NCBI GenBank assembly: GCA_047495785.1 | Contig: JBLDXI010000058.1 | Coordinates: 186,001 to 250,000, forward strand | Direction: 5' to 3' | From: Lepidodermella squamata | Taxonomy: Eukaryota > Animalia > Gastrotricha | DNA length: 64,000 nt | Shown: positions 11,467-23,114 of the stretch, piece by piece | How positions within the stretch are numbered: position 1 is the first letter of the stretch | How the letters are laid out: the number at the start of each line of letters is the position of its first letter | Made by a program: the position numbers and the translations under genes | The notes under the pieces: model-generated | Seen by the model: only the letters and a program-made list of their open reading frames with translations | Told to the model about the DNA's origin: nothing | Database searches by the model: none

Positions 11467-14400
11467 CTACTGATGATTAGCCCAGGGTGCCTGCAAGTTT
11501 GAGCGATGCGATGGCGCCGTCCATGGGAAGATGCCGCGCTGATGGTACGAAGCCGGCGGCTCTCGCGTCGATGTCGACCACAGCGCAGCTCGTCGCTCGT
11601 TATCGCGATCGCCGGTCTCCGATGCCAAGTGTGTCGCGTTCGCGCGATAAAAGTTGACCGAACCGTCTTGGTTGTAGAACGTCGCCGTCTCAAACTTTCG
11701 CCGTCGTTGCTGCTCAGCAGCCACGGCGGGATGAAGGGCAGGCCGTTCATCGCTTGGTGCTGCCATGGAACTCGCATTGAGGAATTCCGCTCGGCGTTTC
11801 ATCGCTTGCGTATCAAGTTCAGGCGCCTCTGCAGACTTTTCCATAAATCGCTGTAGACGCAGTCGACGCGTCACGTCGACAGGCATCCTGTCGTAGTTCT
11901 CGGCCGGCCGATCAGCAGCTGCAACTTCATTTTTGAACACCGGTGATAAATAATCTCGATCGAGCACTCCCGGCATCTGCTCGCTCTGCCCAATCTGCCT
12001 CTTAAACCGCGCGCGTTCTCGCTCTGGGGATGTTTCGAAACTTACGGTTTTCTGAGATCGCAGCGAGGCGCGACGTCGCAATGATGGCGGCTCAGTCGCT
12101 TCAACCGGGACGACAAAATCAGAAACCTGAGGCACGGCACGTCGTCGAACGGATTGGCCTGCTAGAAGATTGGGTTTCGCGACTAATGCACGGCTCACGC
12201 GGTCAGCAAAGGTCACATCATCGCGTTCGACGTAGCACTTGAGCTCAGGATTCCAAACCAAGTTGTGCTCGGCAAGTTTGTTCTTATCAGCCGTTTGACG
12301 TGGCAACGGCGCGCCGGTTTGAAGAGAAAAGTCGTCAAATTTGCGTCTTCTGTTCTTTCCCGAAGCATGAGCTGCTGTACCGCCTGATAAATTTCGAAAA
12401 GGTTCAGACGCGACGTCCGCTGTAATCTTCCTTGAAGGTTCAGCAATTTCTGCCACTGGAGACTGCCTGTTCGCCATCCACTCGAAACCGGTGGGGGCAT
12501 CTACGCCGAGTTCTCGCCGAGCGCCCACAGGCATCGACATCGGGTCAACCGATAAACCCTGCATCGATTGGGCTGCAGGAGACGGAGAACGGTTCATCAT
12601 TACCTCTGAGGGCAACGCCAACTGCTGCGATCGGGGCATTTGAGATGGCGCATAATCATAGCCAACTGGTATGGGCGAACTTGACGGGCTGATAGCAGCT
12701 GAATAATTTGAAGCCATGGGTTGCATTGATGAAACGGCAATAGAATTGGCGCCATAGGAATAATTGGAGCCTCCTTGCTGTGCCGTTGCAGAAACATTAG
12801 GATTGCTGGCGTGCGAATAATTTGAAGCTGCAGGCTGTAATGGAGAATTGGAAACAGGGCTGATAGCTATGGAATAGTTGGAAGTCACAGGTTGCATTGA
12901 GGGATGGCCCATGGAGATAGCATAATTAGAAGTCACGGGCGGTACTGAAGTAGCGGCCGGCATGAAAATTACATTGTCTTCGAATCGCTGATGAGCAGAT
13001 TGGCTATGCATAATGGTGGCGCCTGCCAAGTCTGTGATTTTCGGCGCCAACTCGCGACGTACTCTTTGCAGCTGAATAATGCTCCTGAAAACGATCATAA
13101 TTATTTCTTGTTAGCAAAATAAAATTCCATTCGACTTACGTGGCCGGTTTTGCTTCGAATGTTGTGTCAAATTCACCGGTATGAAGTGGTGGATCAGGCG
13201 GCGGCTTGATGAACTTCATACTGGCCAAAGCTTTCTGCTTGGCCTCCTCGATTTCATTGCGCTTCTCCTCGAACTTGTCCACATTACGCTGGACAGTTTC
13301 TTTGATTTTCTTCGGAGGAGGCAGCTAGGAAACAATAAACTCATTAATTATTCGGAGAGACAAATGATCATCGAATTCATAGTTATACCCTTATAACGCT
13401 AGGAATTCAGAATTAATCCTACAAGGCTTACCGGAGGAGGTGGTGGTGGCGGCGGCCGCGGAGGGGGAGGAGGCGGTGGCGGCGGCTGCGAAAAATCAAC
13501 ATTATAAGTAAATGTGAGGCCGTTGAGCCGAAGTTAATACCTTTGCCTTTGATTCCCGCTTTGGAGGTGGAGGTGGCGGTGGCGGCGGCGGAGGTGGTGG
13601 CGGCGGCTCTTTCTCCTCCTTAAAAATTAGCGTAAATTAAAAACTCCTCAAATTGACAACATAATGCTTGAAAAGCGAAAGGTGAGAATTTTAGGCGTGA
13701 GCATTATATGCGAAGCGAAAGGTTAAGATAGGCAGGGCCAGAATCAGCAGGGGTTATTCGGCCTACTTTTGCCACGCGATCTGATTTCGTTGATTCTCCC
13801 TTATTGGGCGCATCACGATGGATTTTCGCTCGCTTTATCTCTCCTTGAAGATATGATTCGTTTGGTTTGATGACAGATTCAGCCGGTTCAGCCTTCTTTT
13901 TAGTCACTGGAACTTCAGGTGGCGGGATAACATTAATTATTGGTTTTTCCTCACTCGGAGGTTGTTCGTGGCTTGATTTCAAACTCAAAGGTTTAGCCTC
14001 TTCCGGTCTCCGTAAAAAGGGAACTGCCACTTTTGGCTCTGGCTTTGAACGATCTTCTACGATGAGCTTTGCCGATATCTCTTTCTTTTGGCGCTGGGCC
14101 TTCGGCTCTTGTACAGTCGGTTCCTTGTGCTTGGAAGCTTTTGAATCAACAATTTCAGGTAAGCTTCTATGAACTGTAGGTAGCTTGGAGACAACTTGTA
14201 CAGCGGCTTTCGGCTCTGCAGCAATTGTTGCTTTCGGTGCTTTTGTATTATTTTCGGTTAATTTAGGTAGTTCCGGGCGATCCGGTTTCCTATTAGGAGG
14301 CGGGCGGACCTCTGCTTTGATTTCCGGTTTTGGCAACTCTGGCTTTACATCCTGAGGTATGCTAGGCTTTGGAGACGCCACCTGTGATTCTGATTTGAAT

Positions 14401-16728
14401 GTGACATGTTCTTTTGGGGTCACTCTGGCCTCGCGCGGAGATTTCACTGTAGGCAAGGAAGTCAAAGGTTTAGCCTCCTCAGGTCTCCGTAAAATGGGAA
14501 CTGCCAATTTTGGCTCTGGTTTCGAACGATCTTGTACGGTAAGCGTTACCATTTTCTCTTTCTTTTCATCCTGCGTCCTCGGCTCTTGTACAGCCGGTTC
14601 CCTGGGCTTTGGAAGCACAGCTTTCGTTTCAACAACTTCTGGCAAGCTTCTGTGAACTGTAGGTAACTTGGGGACAACCGCGGCTTTCGGTTCTGCATCA
14701 ATTGTTATTTTCGGTGCTTTTGCGTCCACGACTAATTTAGGTGGTTGCTGGCGAACCGGTTTTTCCTCAGGAGGTGGATGGGCCAACACCTCTGTCTTAA
14801 TACTCGGTTTTGGCAACTCCGGCTTTACGTCATGAGGTTTGCTGGGCCTTGGAGACACGACGTGCTCATTTGAGATCAGCTTAACCTCGCGAGGAGATTT
14901 TAATGCTGGCAAGGAAGACGGTTCCGGTAATTTAGCGCTAATTTTCATCGTTTGAATTTGCTCTGACTGCTCAGCTTTGGGAGGAGGCTTAGCAGGGGTG
15001 GCGGCCGTTTCTCGCTCGGATTTCGCGAGAGCGGGAGGCGGGAGTTTTTCATTCCTTTGTTCAGCTTTCACGGGTTCGGCAGGTTCTGGCAGCAGTTTCG
15101 CCCACTTTGTGGGTTGAGGCGGTTCAATTTTGACGACTATAGATGAAGAAGTTTCTTCGACTTTCGTCACTGCCGGCTTTGGTGCTGAGGTTTTCGATAT
15201 AACTATCGGTACTTCGGGCACAACCAGAGACAAGGGGGCGTTCGATGATACGCTAGTGCTAACAGTTTTCTCCTTTTTAACATGATGGGAAAAGCGGAAA
15301 ATTAATGAAAGCTGAAACCAATCACATTTTGTACTTAAAGCAGCGAAAAGCGCCAAATATTGTTAGCGTTGGCAGTATAAGTTAAGATTAAGCTGAATAA
15401 GCCATTCCGAGCAAGGTAGCATACTTTGGGCTCCACGGGCTTCTCCGGTTTCTTGGGCTCCACAGGTTTAGGCTCTTCAGGCTTTGGTGGAGGGGCAGGT
15501 GGCTTAATCACAACTTTTGCCTCTGCTGGAGGAGGTGCTATTGGATCTTTTTTCGGTTGTGGAGGTGAAGGTTTAGCCAACTCAACTTTCGCAGCTGGCT
15601 TCTCTGAGGCAGCGTCAATCTTTACCTCAGTTTTCTTCGGTTGTTGTACTGGTGGCGCAGGGGCAGGCGGCTTCGGCTGTTCAATAGGTACAGTTTTCGG
15701 CTCAGGATCTTTAAGAACAGCCTGCGCGGGTTCAGCCTTCTTTGGCGGAGGGACTGGTTCAGCCTTCTTTGGGGCGGCAACTTGTTGAACCTCTTCAGCC
15801 TTCTTGGGCGGAGGGGCTGGTTGAACTGGTTCAGCCTTCTTCTCGATTAGGGGCGGCGGAGCCTCAGATTTCTTTGGCGCAGGGGCAGCTTCTTTCTTAG
15901 CATCAGCTTTCTCAGCTGCTACTACAACCACAACCGGTACCACAGGAGCCGGTTTCTGCTCTTTCGGTGGCGGCAACGGCGCAGGAGGAGGAGGAGGAGG
16001 AGGAGGAGGCTTCTTTTCCTCCTTGAAATTTGGAAAGTTGTTTTAAACATAAAAAACGAAATAGGAAATCTCAAATAAGACAGAGGGGTAAAAGGAAGAT
16101 AATCGCAATAAATCTGTTCACGAATGCGGTATAAATAAAAATAATTGATTAATTATTACCTTGACTTCAGGAGGTGGAGGTGGAGGAGGAGGTGGAGGTT
16201 GCGCCGGCGGTGGTGGTGGTGGCGGCGGCGGTGGAGTTTTCGGTTTCCGTGGCGGCGTTTTAGGCTTCGGAGGAGGCGGTGGAGCCGGGGCAGGAACAAC
16301 CGGGGCCGGAGGAGGTGGGTCTGGAGGTGGAGTTTTTGGTTTCTTCAAGGGTTTTTGCACTGGTGCTGGAGGAGGAGTTTTGGCTCTTGGCGGAACAGCA
16401 GCGGGCACCGCAGTCGTTTTGGCTTTTCGAATGCAACAGCAGTAAAGAATGAGCAAAAGCACAGCTGTTAAAAGAAATCGCGAAAAAATCATAGACAAAA
16501 TGCCTGAGGGTTATATTATTTGAGTTTACCGAGCAATAATACCACCAGGATTGGCACAAGCCAGACCTCGAGTGGGGGTAGAAGCCGCCCATCTGTATCG
16601 TCCCTTCCACCGGCAGCGCCAGCAGCTGGACACCAGAGCCATACAGATCCTCGATAGTCCACATAGTAAAGTGGCACGTCATCAGACGTACTGTCGAGGC
16701 GGAAGTAAGGATCTCGACTAGGTGCCAT
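11467..16728 (-). CDS. Orphan single-pass membrane protein A (~1510 aa; short N-terminal ectodomain, TM+CCC, polyproline/PEVK-like tail)
   Basis: Eight exons join in frame via GT-AG introns: 16728-16530, 16464-16160, 16021-15425, 15272-13767, 13618-13541, 13485-13432, 13324-13140, 13084-11467. TM is VWLVPILVVLLLAVLLLILYCCCIRK. No signal peptide. Confidence 0.8.
12690..12945 (-). repeat. Five SNY-containing peptide repeats in the last exon of protein A
   Basis: PPVTSNYAIS, QPVTSNYSIAIS, QPAASNYSHAS, QGGSNYSYGAN, QPMASNYSAAIS. Confidence 0.75.
13988..14916 (-). repeat. Tandem duplication of ~155 aa inside exon 4 of protein A
   Basis: Two copies of KSPRE...DVKPELPKP...KAPK.TI.AEPKAAV...KLPTVHRSLPE...EP.VQEP...DRSKPEPK.AVP.LRRPEEAKPL. 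Confidence 0.9.
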
Positions 16729-17590
16729 CGACGATGATCGTCGAGAGGCGATATCAGCCTTTAAGTTGACATTAACCTGATTATTTCGGCCAACTAGTTA
16801 TTTACGAAAGATAGGAATAATCATTCATAAGCTATTTTATTGTAAAAAACAAAGAAGCACTGAGCCATTTTAAGAGGTCTGCAGCATGCTCAAATAAGCC
16901 ATGCAAGCACTATGATGCCGGATAAGGTCGCACCCTTACAAAAGTAGAGCTCCGTTTCCAAGAAGTCGAGCCTAGAAACAAGCTCTACTAATTTAAAAGC
17001 GGAAGTAACTAGTTGGACCGGGACAAGGCTACTTGCCGAATTTTTTCTGCAAAAATTAATCGAAGCGCGAGCCGTATAGTTGACTAATAATATGTCTTTC
17101 GGCTCGAAAAAATCGAAGCACTGCTCGTTTCCGCACAAAAAATGCGCTTTTCTTGCAGAAACACCTTGTCTTTTGACACACTCAGGGGACCAGCGATAAA
17201 ATAGTTTGATCACCACTCGCAGGGGATTTCAAGTTAAAACGACGCTTTCCTGACGTCCAAACGTCACTTAGTAGCTAAATATTTTTTTCATTTATCAGCT
17301 GATTCTGACGTGCATGGCCGCGGTACTTCCCATTTCATATCGCGTGGCGTCTGCTACCATTCACCTGCTATCAAAACGTGACTCGTTTCCAAGGAGCTGA
17401 AAGGCGATGCTGCTGAATAGGAACCATCAAAGAGGATAACTTGGCAATTAGCAAAAACGCACTACGTATCATCAGCAGTATTTATTTTAGTTGACCTCGC
17501 AATCAGGTTATTAGCAAAGGGATAAAAATAAAAATGGCGACTTTCTGTACGGTTATATCATTTCATGGGAGGAAAATTCGAATAAAAATA

Positions 17591-20500
17591 TCAGCTCCAA
17601 GGGAAGCAATTGTTGCGTTGATAGCCCTGCATAGTAGGGCTACTCGCATGAAATCTTCTGATCTCTCTGGAGTTGTCGGAACTGTAAACGGGAGAAAAGG
17701 ATCGCAGAAGGCGGCCGACGTTATCATGATTCCTCACATTTGGCAATCGATTTGCGAAGCTTTCAGTAGGAGGGCATTTGGTTGTTAAATGGCGCCTTCT
17801 GCCCAGTCCCAACATCAAACTACTTTGAACATTGTCCGAATATTGAGTAGAAGTTCCGAAAGCGTCACGAGGCTGAGAAATAGCTCTGTCCTCGGCCAAG
17901 AGCCGAGACTCATTAGGTTTGACACGGCGGTTATGAGTATTTGATTTGAAAGATTCCTCTTTGGACTGAGCAGGTTCTTCATGTTTAGAGAAAACGTAGT
18001 CCTTTTGCAATTGAGCTCGATCGCTGTAGTACGCCTCAAAGCGAGGCGATTGGTAATTAGTTGTTCTTTTGCTGGTATCAATTTCAGTGACTTTTTTCGT
18101 CAAATCGTGACGATCCCGCTGCTTCAACTGATAGCCGCTTGGTGACGTACGGAATGGAGGGAATATTATTTTCTCATCCTTCCGATCCATTTTCTTCGGG
18201 TACCAATCAGGTGGCCGCTTGATCAAATCAGGATGATCTATGCCTTTCTTCATTTGTGCTTGATCGATCTCGGGTCGCTGTTTGATTCTAGAAGGTCTGT
18301 CATTTTCAAGTTTTTTAGGCGGTGGCATTCGCTCAACGCTGGACTGGAGAGTCTTCTTTGATCGGTTATGATTAATGACAACGGAGTTGCCGGTATCGGA
18401 CTGAACTTCTTGATGTAATCTTGGCCGTTTCGAAGCAGGCTTCTTATTGACAATCTCATCGGTATCACGCATCGGCGAAATCGAACGCTTTTTCTGCGCA
18501 TTCGGCAATTGCTGTGGTTTAGGGGCGAAGAAAGAATAATTGTCTTTCCGTGCAGAATTCGGTTTTGCTCTTGTAGCTATACTCCTCGGGCTGGAAGCAT
18601 TTTCTTTCACTAGTGGAAGCTTTTTCACCAATTGATTAGGTGGTGTAGGTTTTACAGGCTTAACATTATCATTTGAAAAGTTGCTCGTTGCGCCCCGATC
18701 ATTTGGTTTCGGAGGTTCTTTCTCCGATAATTTCCGAGTTTTTGCAGGTTGCACGGGTTTGGCTTCGATTGGCGGTCTAGAGCGCTGTTTCAATTCTCGG
18801 ATTGGAGGTAAAACCTGCTTCTCCTTAACATTGTTGGCATTCATTACTGGTCTGTTTTCATCAGGCATGGGTGGCTTGCGAACTTGAATGATCTCAGGAA
18901 GACGTTTCTGTTGACTCTTTGATAATGGCAACCTCTGGACGTCAGCCGGTTTTGTCGTAGGTTTCTCCTTAGGTTGAGGTCTCGGTTTAGGTAGTTCGTA
19001 ACTGGTCATCGGGGTTTGCGACTTCTTGACATCAGCCGGCTTTGTCATTGGTTTCTCCTTAGGTTTTGGCGTCGGTTTTGGGGGTTCGGAACTGATCATC
19101 GTGCTTGGCGGCGCTTTCAATCCAGGCACAGGATCTGCTAAACGTCTAGCTGGGTCGCTAGTAGGTTTAACGAGGGCTATAGGTTTTTCTTTCCATGGAC
19201 GCTGTAGCATCGTGATATTCTCCTGAGGATGGATCATTGGTGCATCAATGGAGCTGGAGAGACTTTCATCAGGCAAAGCGAGGCGCGGAACTGATGGTAA
19301 TTCAGGTTTAAGGCTGAGCTCTAGTGGAGAGGAGGATTGAATAAGTGGTGGCAGTTTCACCTCCTTTTGGGGCTTCATACGAGGCGCTTCATTTGGAGTT
19401 GATTTTTCTTCCTCAGACGCGGCAAGAATAGGACTTGAAGACTTGGGAGGTACTGTTGACGGTTGATTTACTTCCTTAATTTCTTCATGCTTCACGTGCC
19501 TTGTTATTTCTGGTTTATAACTCAAGTGCTGCTCAGTGATCTTCGCTGCCACCATTGACGCAGAAGTTTGCACTGTTTGAATTGATGCTACTGTAACAGC
19601 TTTGCTTACGACAGTTGAGACCAATTGGAATTGAGCTAAGGGAGTTATATCGATAGTTGAATCCAATAAGACATTCGTCAGGGCATGCTCTTCCGACATT
19701 AACAGTTTCGGGCTGCTGATAAAAGCTGCAGTTGCTGGCGCTTCCTCTTCCGGTGGCTCGAATTTTGACACTACTGCTTGTGTCGGCTTATCCGGCTCAG
19801 TCATTCTAGTCGACTTATTTGTCACATCCTGCTTCTTTTCCTCTTTCAGGAGCTTTTTCGAACCGGTGACATTTGCCTTTGATTCAGGTCTCGCCTTAGG
19901 TTCGGCATCATCCGCTGATTTTGCCAACGACTGTTTTGAAGTGGCAACAGGCTAAAAGGAAATCAATATCGATTAGCTAATAGGTATATTGAATATCTTA
20001 GCTTACCTCAGTCTTTTCGATCGCAGTTTTCTTTTCTGGGGCCTTTTGTCCTTTCTGTGAGTTGGTCTTCAGCTTTTCCCTGGATTCTTGGTCCAGGGGC
20101 TCGGCTTGGGGCTTGGGAGAGATTGCCTTTGATTCAGGTCTCGTTTTAGGTTCGGCATTAGGCAAAGGTTTTGCCTTCTTGTCTTTCACGTCTTCTTGAG
20201 TCTGTGGACGGGATTTGGCTGGATCCTGCTTGGCTGCTTCAGGTTTCACGCCAGGTATTTCGGCGACTGGTTTTGCAGCGATCGGCTCGTTGATTTTTCC
20301 AACAATAGTGGGTATAGCTTTCGCTCCTTCACTAAGCTCCGATGGCTGAGGGGCTGCTGCTGATTCACTGTTCCTTTGAAGATTTTCTGGTTGTTTCGGT
20401 TGAGTGGCCTCCGGATTTTCAGGCAGATCTGCTTTGTTCGCCTTGTTCGACCTATCAATCGGTTCTTCAGCTTTCGCGACGGGTATGTTTGGAGTATCGG

Positions 20501-23114
20501 TTTGTTGCTGGGGCTTCTTGGCTTCGATTTCCTGCTTTTGGTTTAGAGTGTCTATAGAGGTCGATTCTTTCTTTGGTTTTTGTTCGGTTGTCGGTTCTTG
20601 CGAACGATTCAATTGAGGAAAATCCTCTCCCTTGGCTTCTCCACGCTGGGAGAAGCTCGGCAAGGGATTGTGCTGTATTGATTGCTGCAGCGAGATGTTC
20701 GCTCGATCCAGCAACCCAGAATTGTTTACTGTGTTCACTGACAATTCAGTAGCAGATGTACTAACCATAGTCGGAACCAATTGGAACTGAGTTAAGGCGG
20801 CTATGTCAATAGCTGACTCCCTGAAGACATCCGATGTGATAATCTTTGCAGAAGCTAATGGCTTCGGGCTGTCGACAGGATCCGTAGCTTTAGCTACTGG
20901 CTTCGCCGTCTCTTCGTTGCGTTCAACGACTTTTGGCACTTCATGGTAGCGCTTCAACGGCTGCTCTGAGTGCTTTACTCGGTCCATTTTCGCTAGAATT
21001 TCTTCCTTTGCAACAGATGCTTCAGTAGCCACTGCACTAACCAAGGTTGGTACCAAGTGGAACTCAGCATTGGGTGGTATGCCGACCGTCGATTCCAGAA
21101 AGCCAGTCGGCTTCACTATGTTTACGTTGGTCGATGCTTTAATTGCTGAGCTAGTGTTAATAGATTGGACATTTGATTTCGATGGCTCATCGCTTGGTTT
21201 ATCTGGTACGGTTTTCGCCTCGGCTTTTGGATCTGATCCAAGATCAAGTGTCCTCGCATTACCGTCGACATTGGCTGGTAAGCTCGCCTTTTGTTGTTCA
21301 ATTTTCGATTTTGGGCGGTTCGTTTTCATCGTCTTTTCTGGCGACGGTGGACCTGAGCGTTTTGAGCCCGTTTCCTTCAATTCAGGCTTGTCTGTCGTTT
21401 CGCTGCTGACTCGGGTCGCCTTTGCCTGAGGAACTTTCGGCATTTTCTTTGCCTTTTCCGGTGACGGGAGATTCTGTTTTGATGGTAGTTTAGTGATTAC
21501 CGAGTCTCCTACGCCAATGGAAACCCTTTTTATTGTCACTGGCTGGGGCGATGGCTCATCAATGATGTCTGGCTTTGCGGCAATAATGGGTTTTGTGATT
21601 GGTGTTTCTTGCACTTTCATGCGCTTCTCTTCGATATCTGGGTTTGTTCGAGCGAAAGCCATCGCCATAGGTTGAGGCTTATGTTCAATCGGGTTCACGT
21701 CGATCCTAGCGACTCGAGTTGGAAAGCAGCACGTGAGACAAGATGTACCGGAACTTGAAAGGGTAGATGAGCCTCTTATTAGATCAGCAGTATTAACCGG
21801 TGATTTCTCATCTTTGGGAGGCAGATTGCGGATTTCTGAAGTTGCTATCTGCACCGGTTGGGAATCATCACGTCCTCGCACATCTCGAAGAGATCGCTGT
21901 TTTTCAGCAGATGATGGCTGTACCTGGCGCGATGTCGAGGGCTGCTCATCAGCTGCCTGCGCTGTTATAACTATCGATTTCTGCGAGGTAGATTCATGCC
22001 GCTTGTCGATTTTTCGAGGTGATTTTGGGCTCGATGGAACTGCTGTTGGCAAGCAGCTACAGCAAATAAATTTGGTTTTATGGGAATCGTCAAGCTGCTC
22101 ATCTTGAACTTCTTTGGGAGATAGAGTGCGGATTTCTTGAGTTGCCATCTGCACCGGTTGGGAACCATCACGTCCTCGCACATCCCCAAAAGGTAGACAG
22201 CAGGCGCAAGCGCTGCCTCGCTGTTTTTCAGCTGAAGGTGGATGTACCTGGCGGGATGTCGAGGGCTGATCATCTGTTATCTGCTCTGTTATAACAAGCG
22301 ATTTCTGCGTAGTAGATTTAGGCCGCTTATCGGTTTGTCGAGGTGATTTTGGTGTGGATAGAGCTGCTGGTGATAAGCAGCTACAGCAAATGAATTTGGT
22401 CTTTCGTGAATCGTCAGGCTGCTCATCGTGAACTTCTCTGGGTGACAGAGTGCGGATTTCTGAGGTTGCAACCTGCACCGGTTGGGAATCTCGAAAAGGT
22501 AGACAGCAGGCGCAAGTCCTGCTTCGCTGTTTTCCAGCTGAAGGCGGATGTACCTGGCGCGATGTCGTCGGCTGATCGTCCTTTATCTGCTCTGTTATAA
22601 CAAGTGATTTCTGCTTATCGCCTTGTCGTGGCAATTTCGGGCTCGATGGAGCTGTTGGTGATAAGCAGCCACAGCAAATAAATTTGGTTTTATGGGAATC
22701 GTCAAGCTGCTCATCGTGACCTTCAGGTTTGTCTTGAGCAGGACGCTGCCGCTGCCTCTCCCCTCTCTCAGCAATCGATTCAGTATTGTCAGTAGTCTGC
22801 CGCTTTTTGTAGCAACAGCAATAGTACAGGATTAGGAACAGCAACAAGAGAATGAGTACACCGAATATGGGCGGTAAAACTTCGTAAAGTTTCACTGAAG
22901 AAGAAGAAGAAGAAGATGATGATGATGATGAGCCGGTTGCCAGCCAGGATCCCCTGCCATCGCTTGGCCCTCCTCCATTCGCGGCCAATAAGGAACAGTT
23001 GCGCCTTTGAAGCATAAAATAAGATAGAGGGCACCATTTCCGTAAGACTCCATCATCGTCGTAGGCGTAAACCGGGTAATATCCATTCGTATCGAAGTAG
23101 CGAATCTCAAACAT
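17591..23114 (-). CDS. Orphan single-pass membrane protein B (~1820 aa), putative paralog of protein A
   Basis: Two exons, 23114-20007 and 19951-17591, with a 55-nt phase-0 intron. TM is VLPPIFGVLILLLLFLILYYCCCYKK. Long P/K/E/S-rich tail ending in FPWS. Confidence 0.82.
21815..22720 (-). repeat. Three tandem ~100-aa Cys-cluster repeats in protein B
   Basis: Unit EQ(L/P)DDS(H/R)KTKFICC(G/S)CL...QKS(L/I)VIT.Q...QP.TSRQV.P.SA.KQR...(CACCLPF)...SQPVQ.AT.EIR, with high nucleotide identity between copies. Confidence 0.92.

Noticed and set aside
16145-16471. Arg/Trp-rich and Gly-rich ORFs on the + strand
   Set aside because: Antisense shadows of the polyproline exon 2 of protein A.
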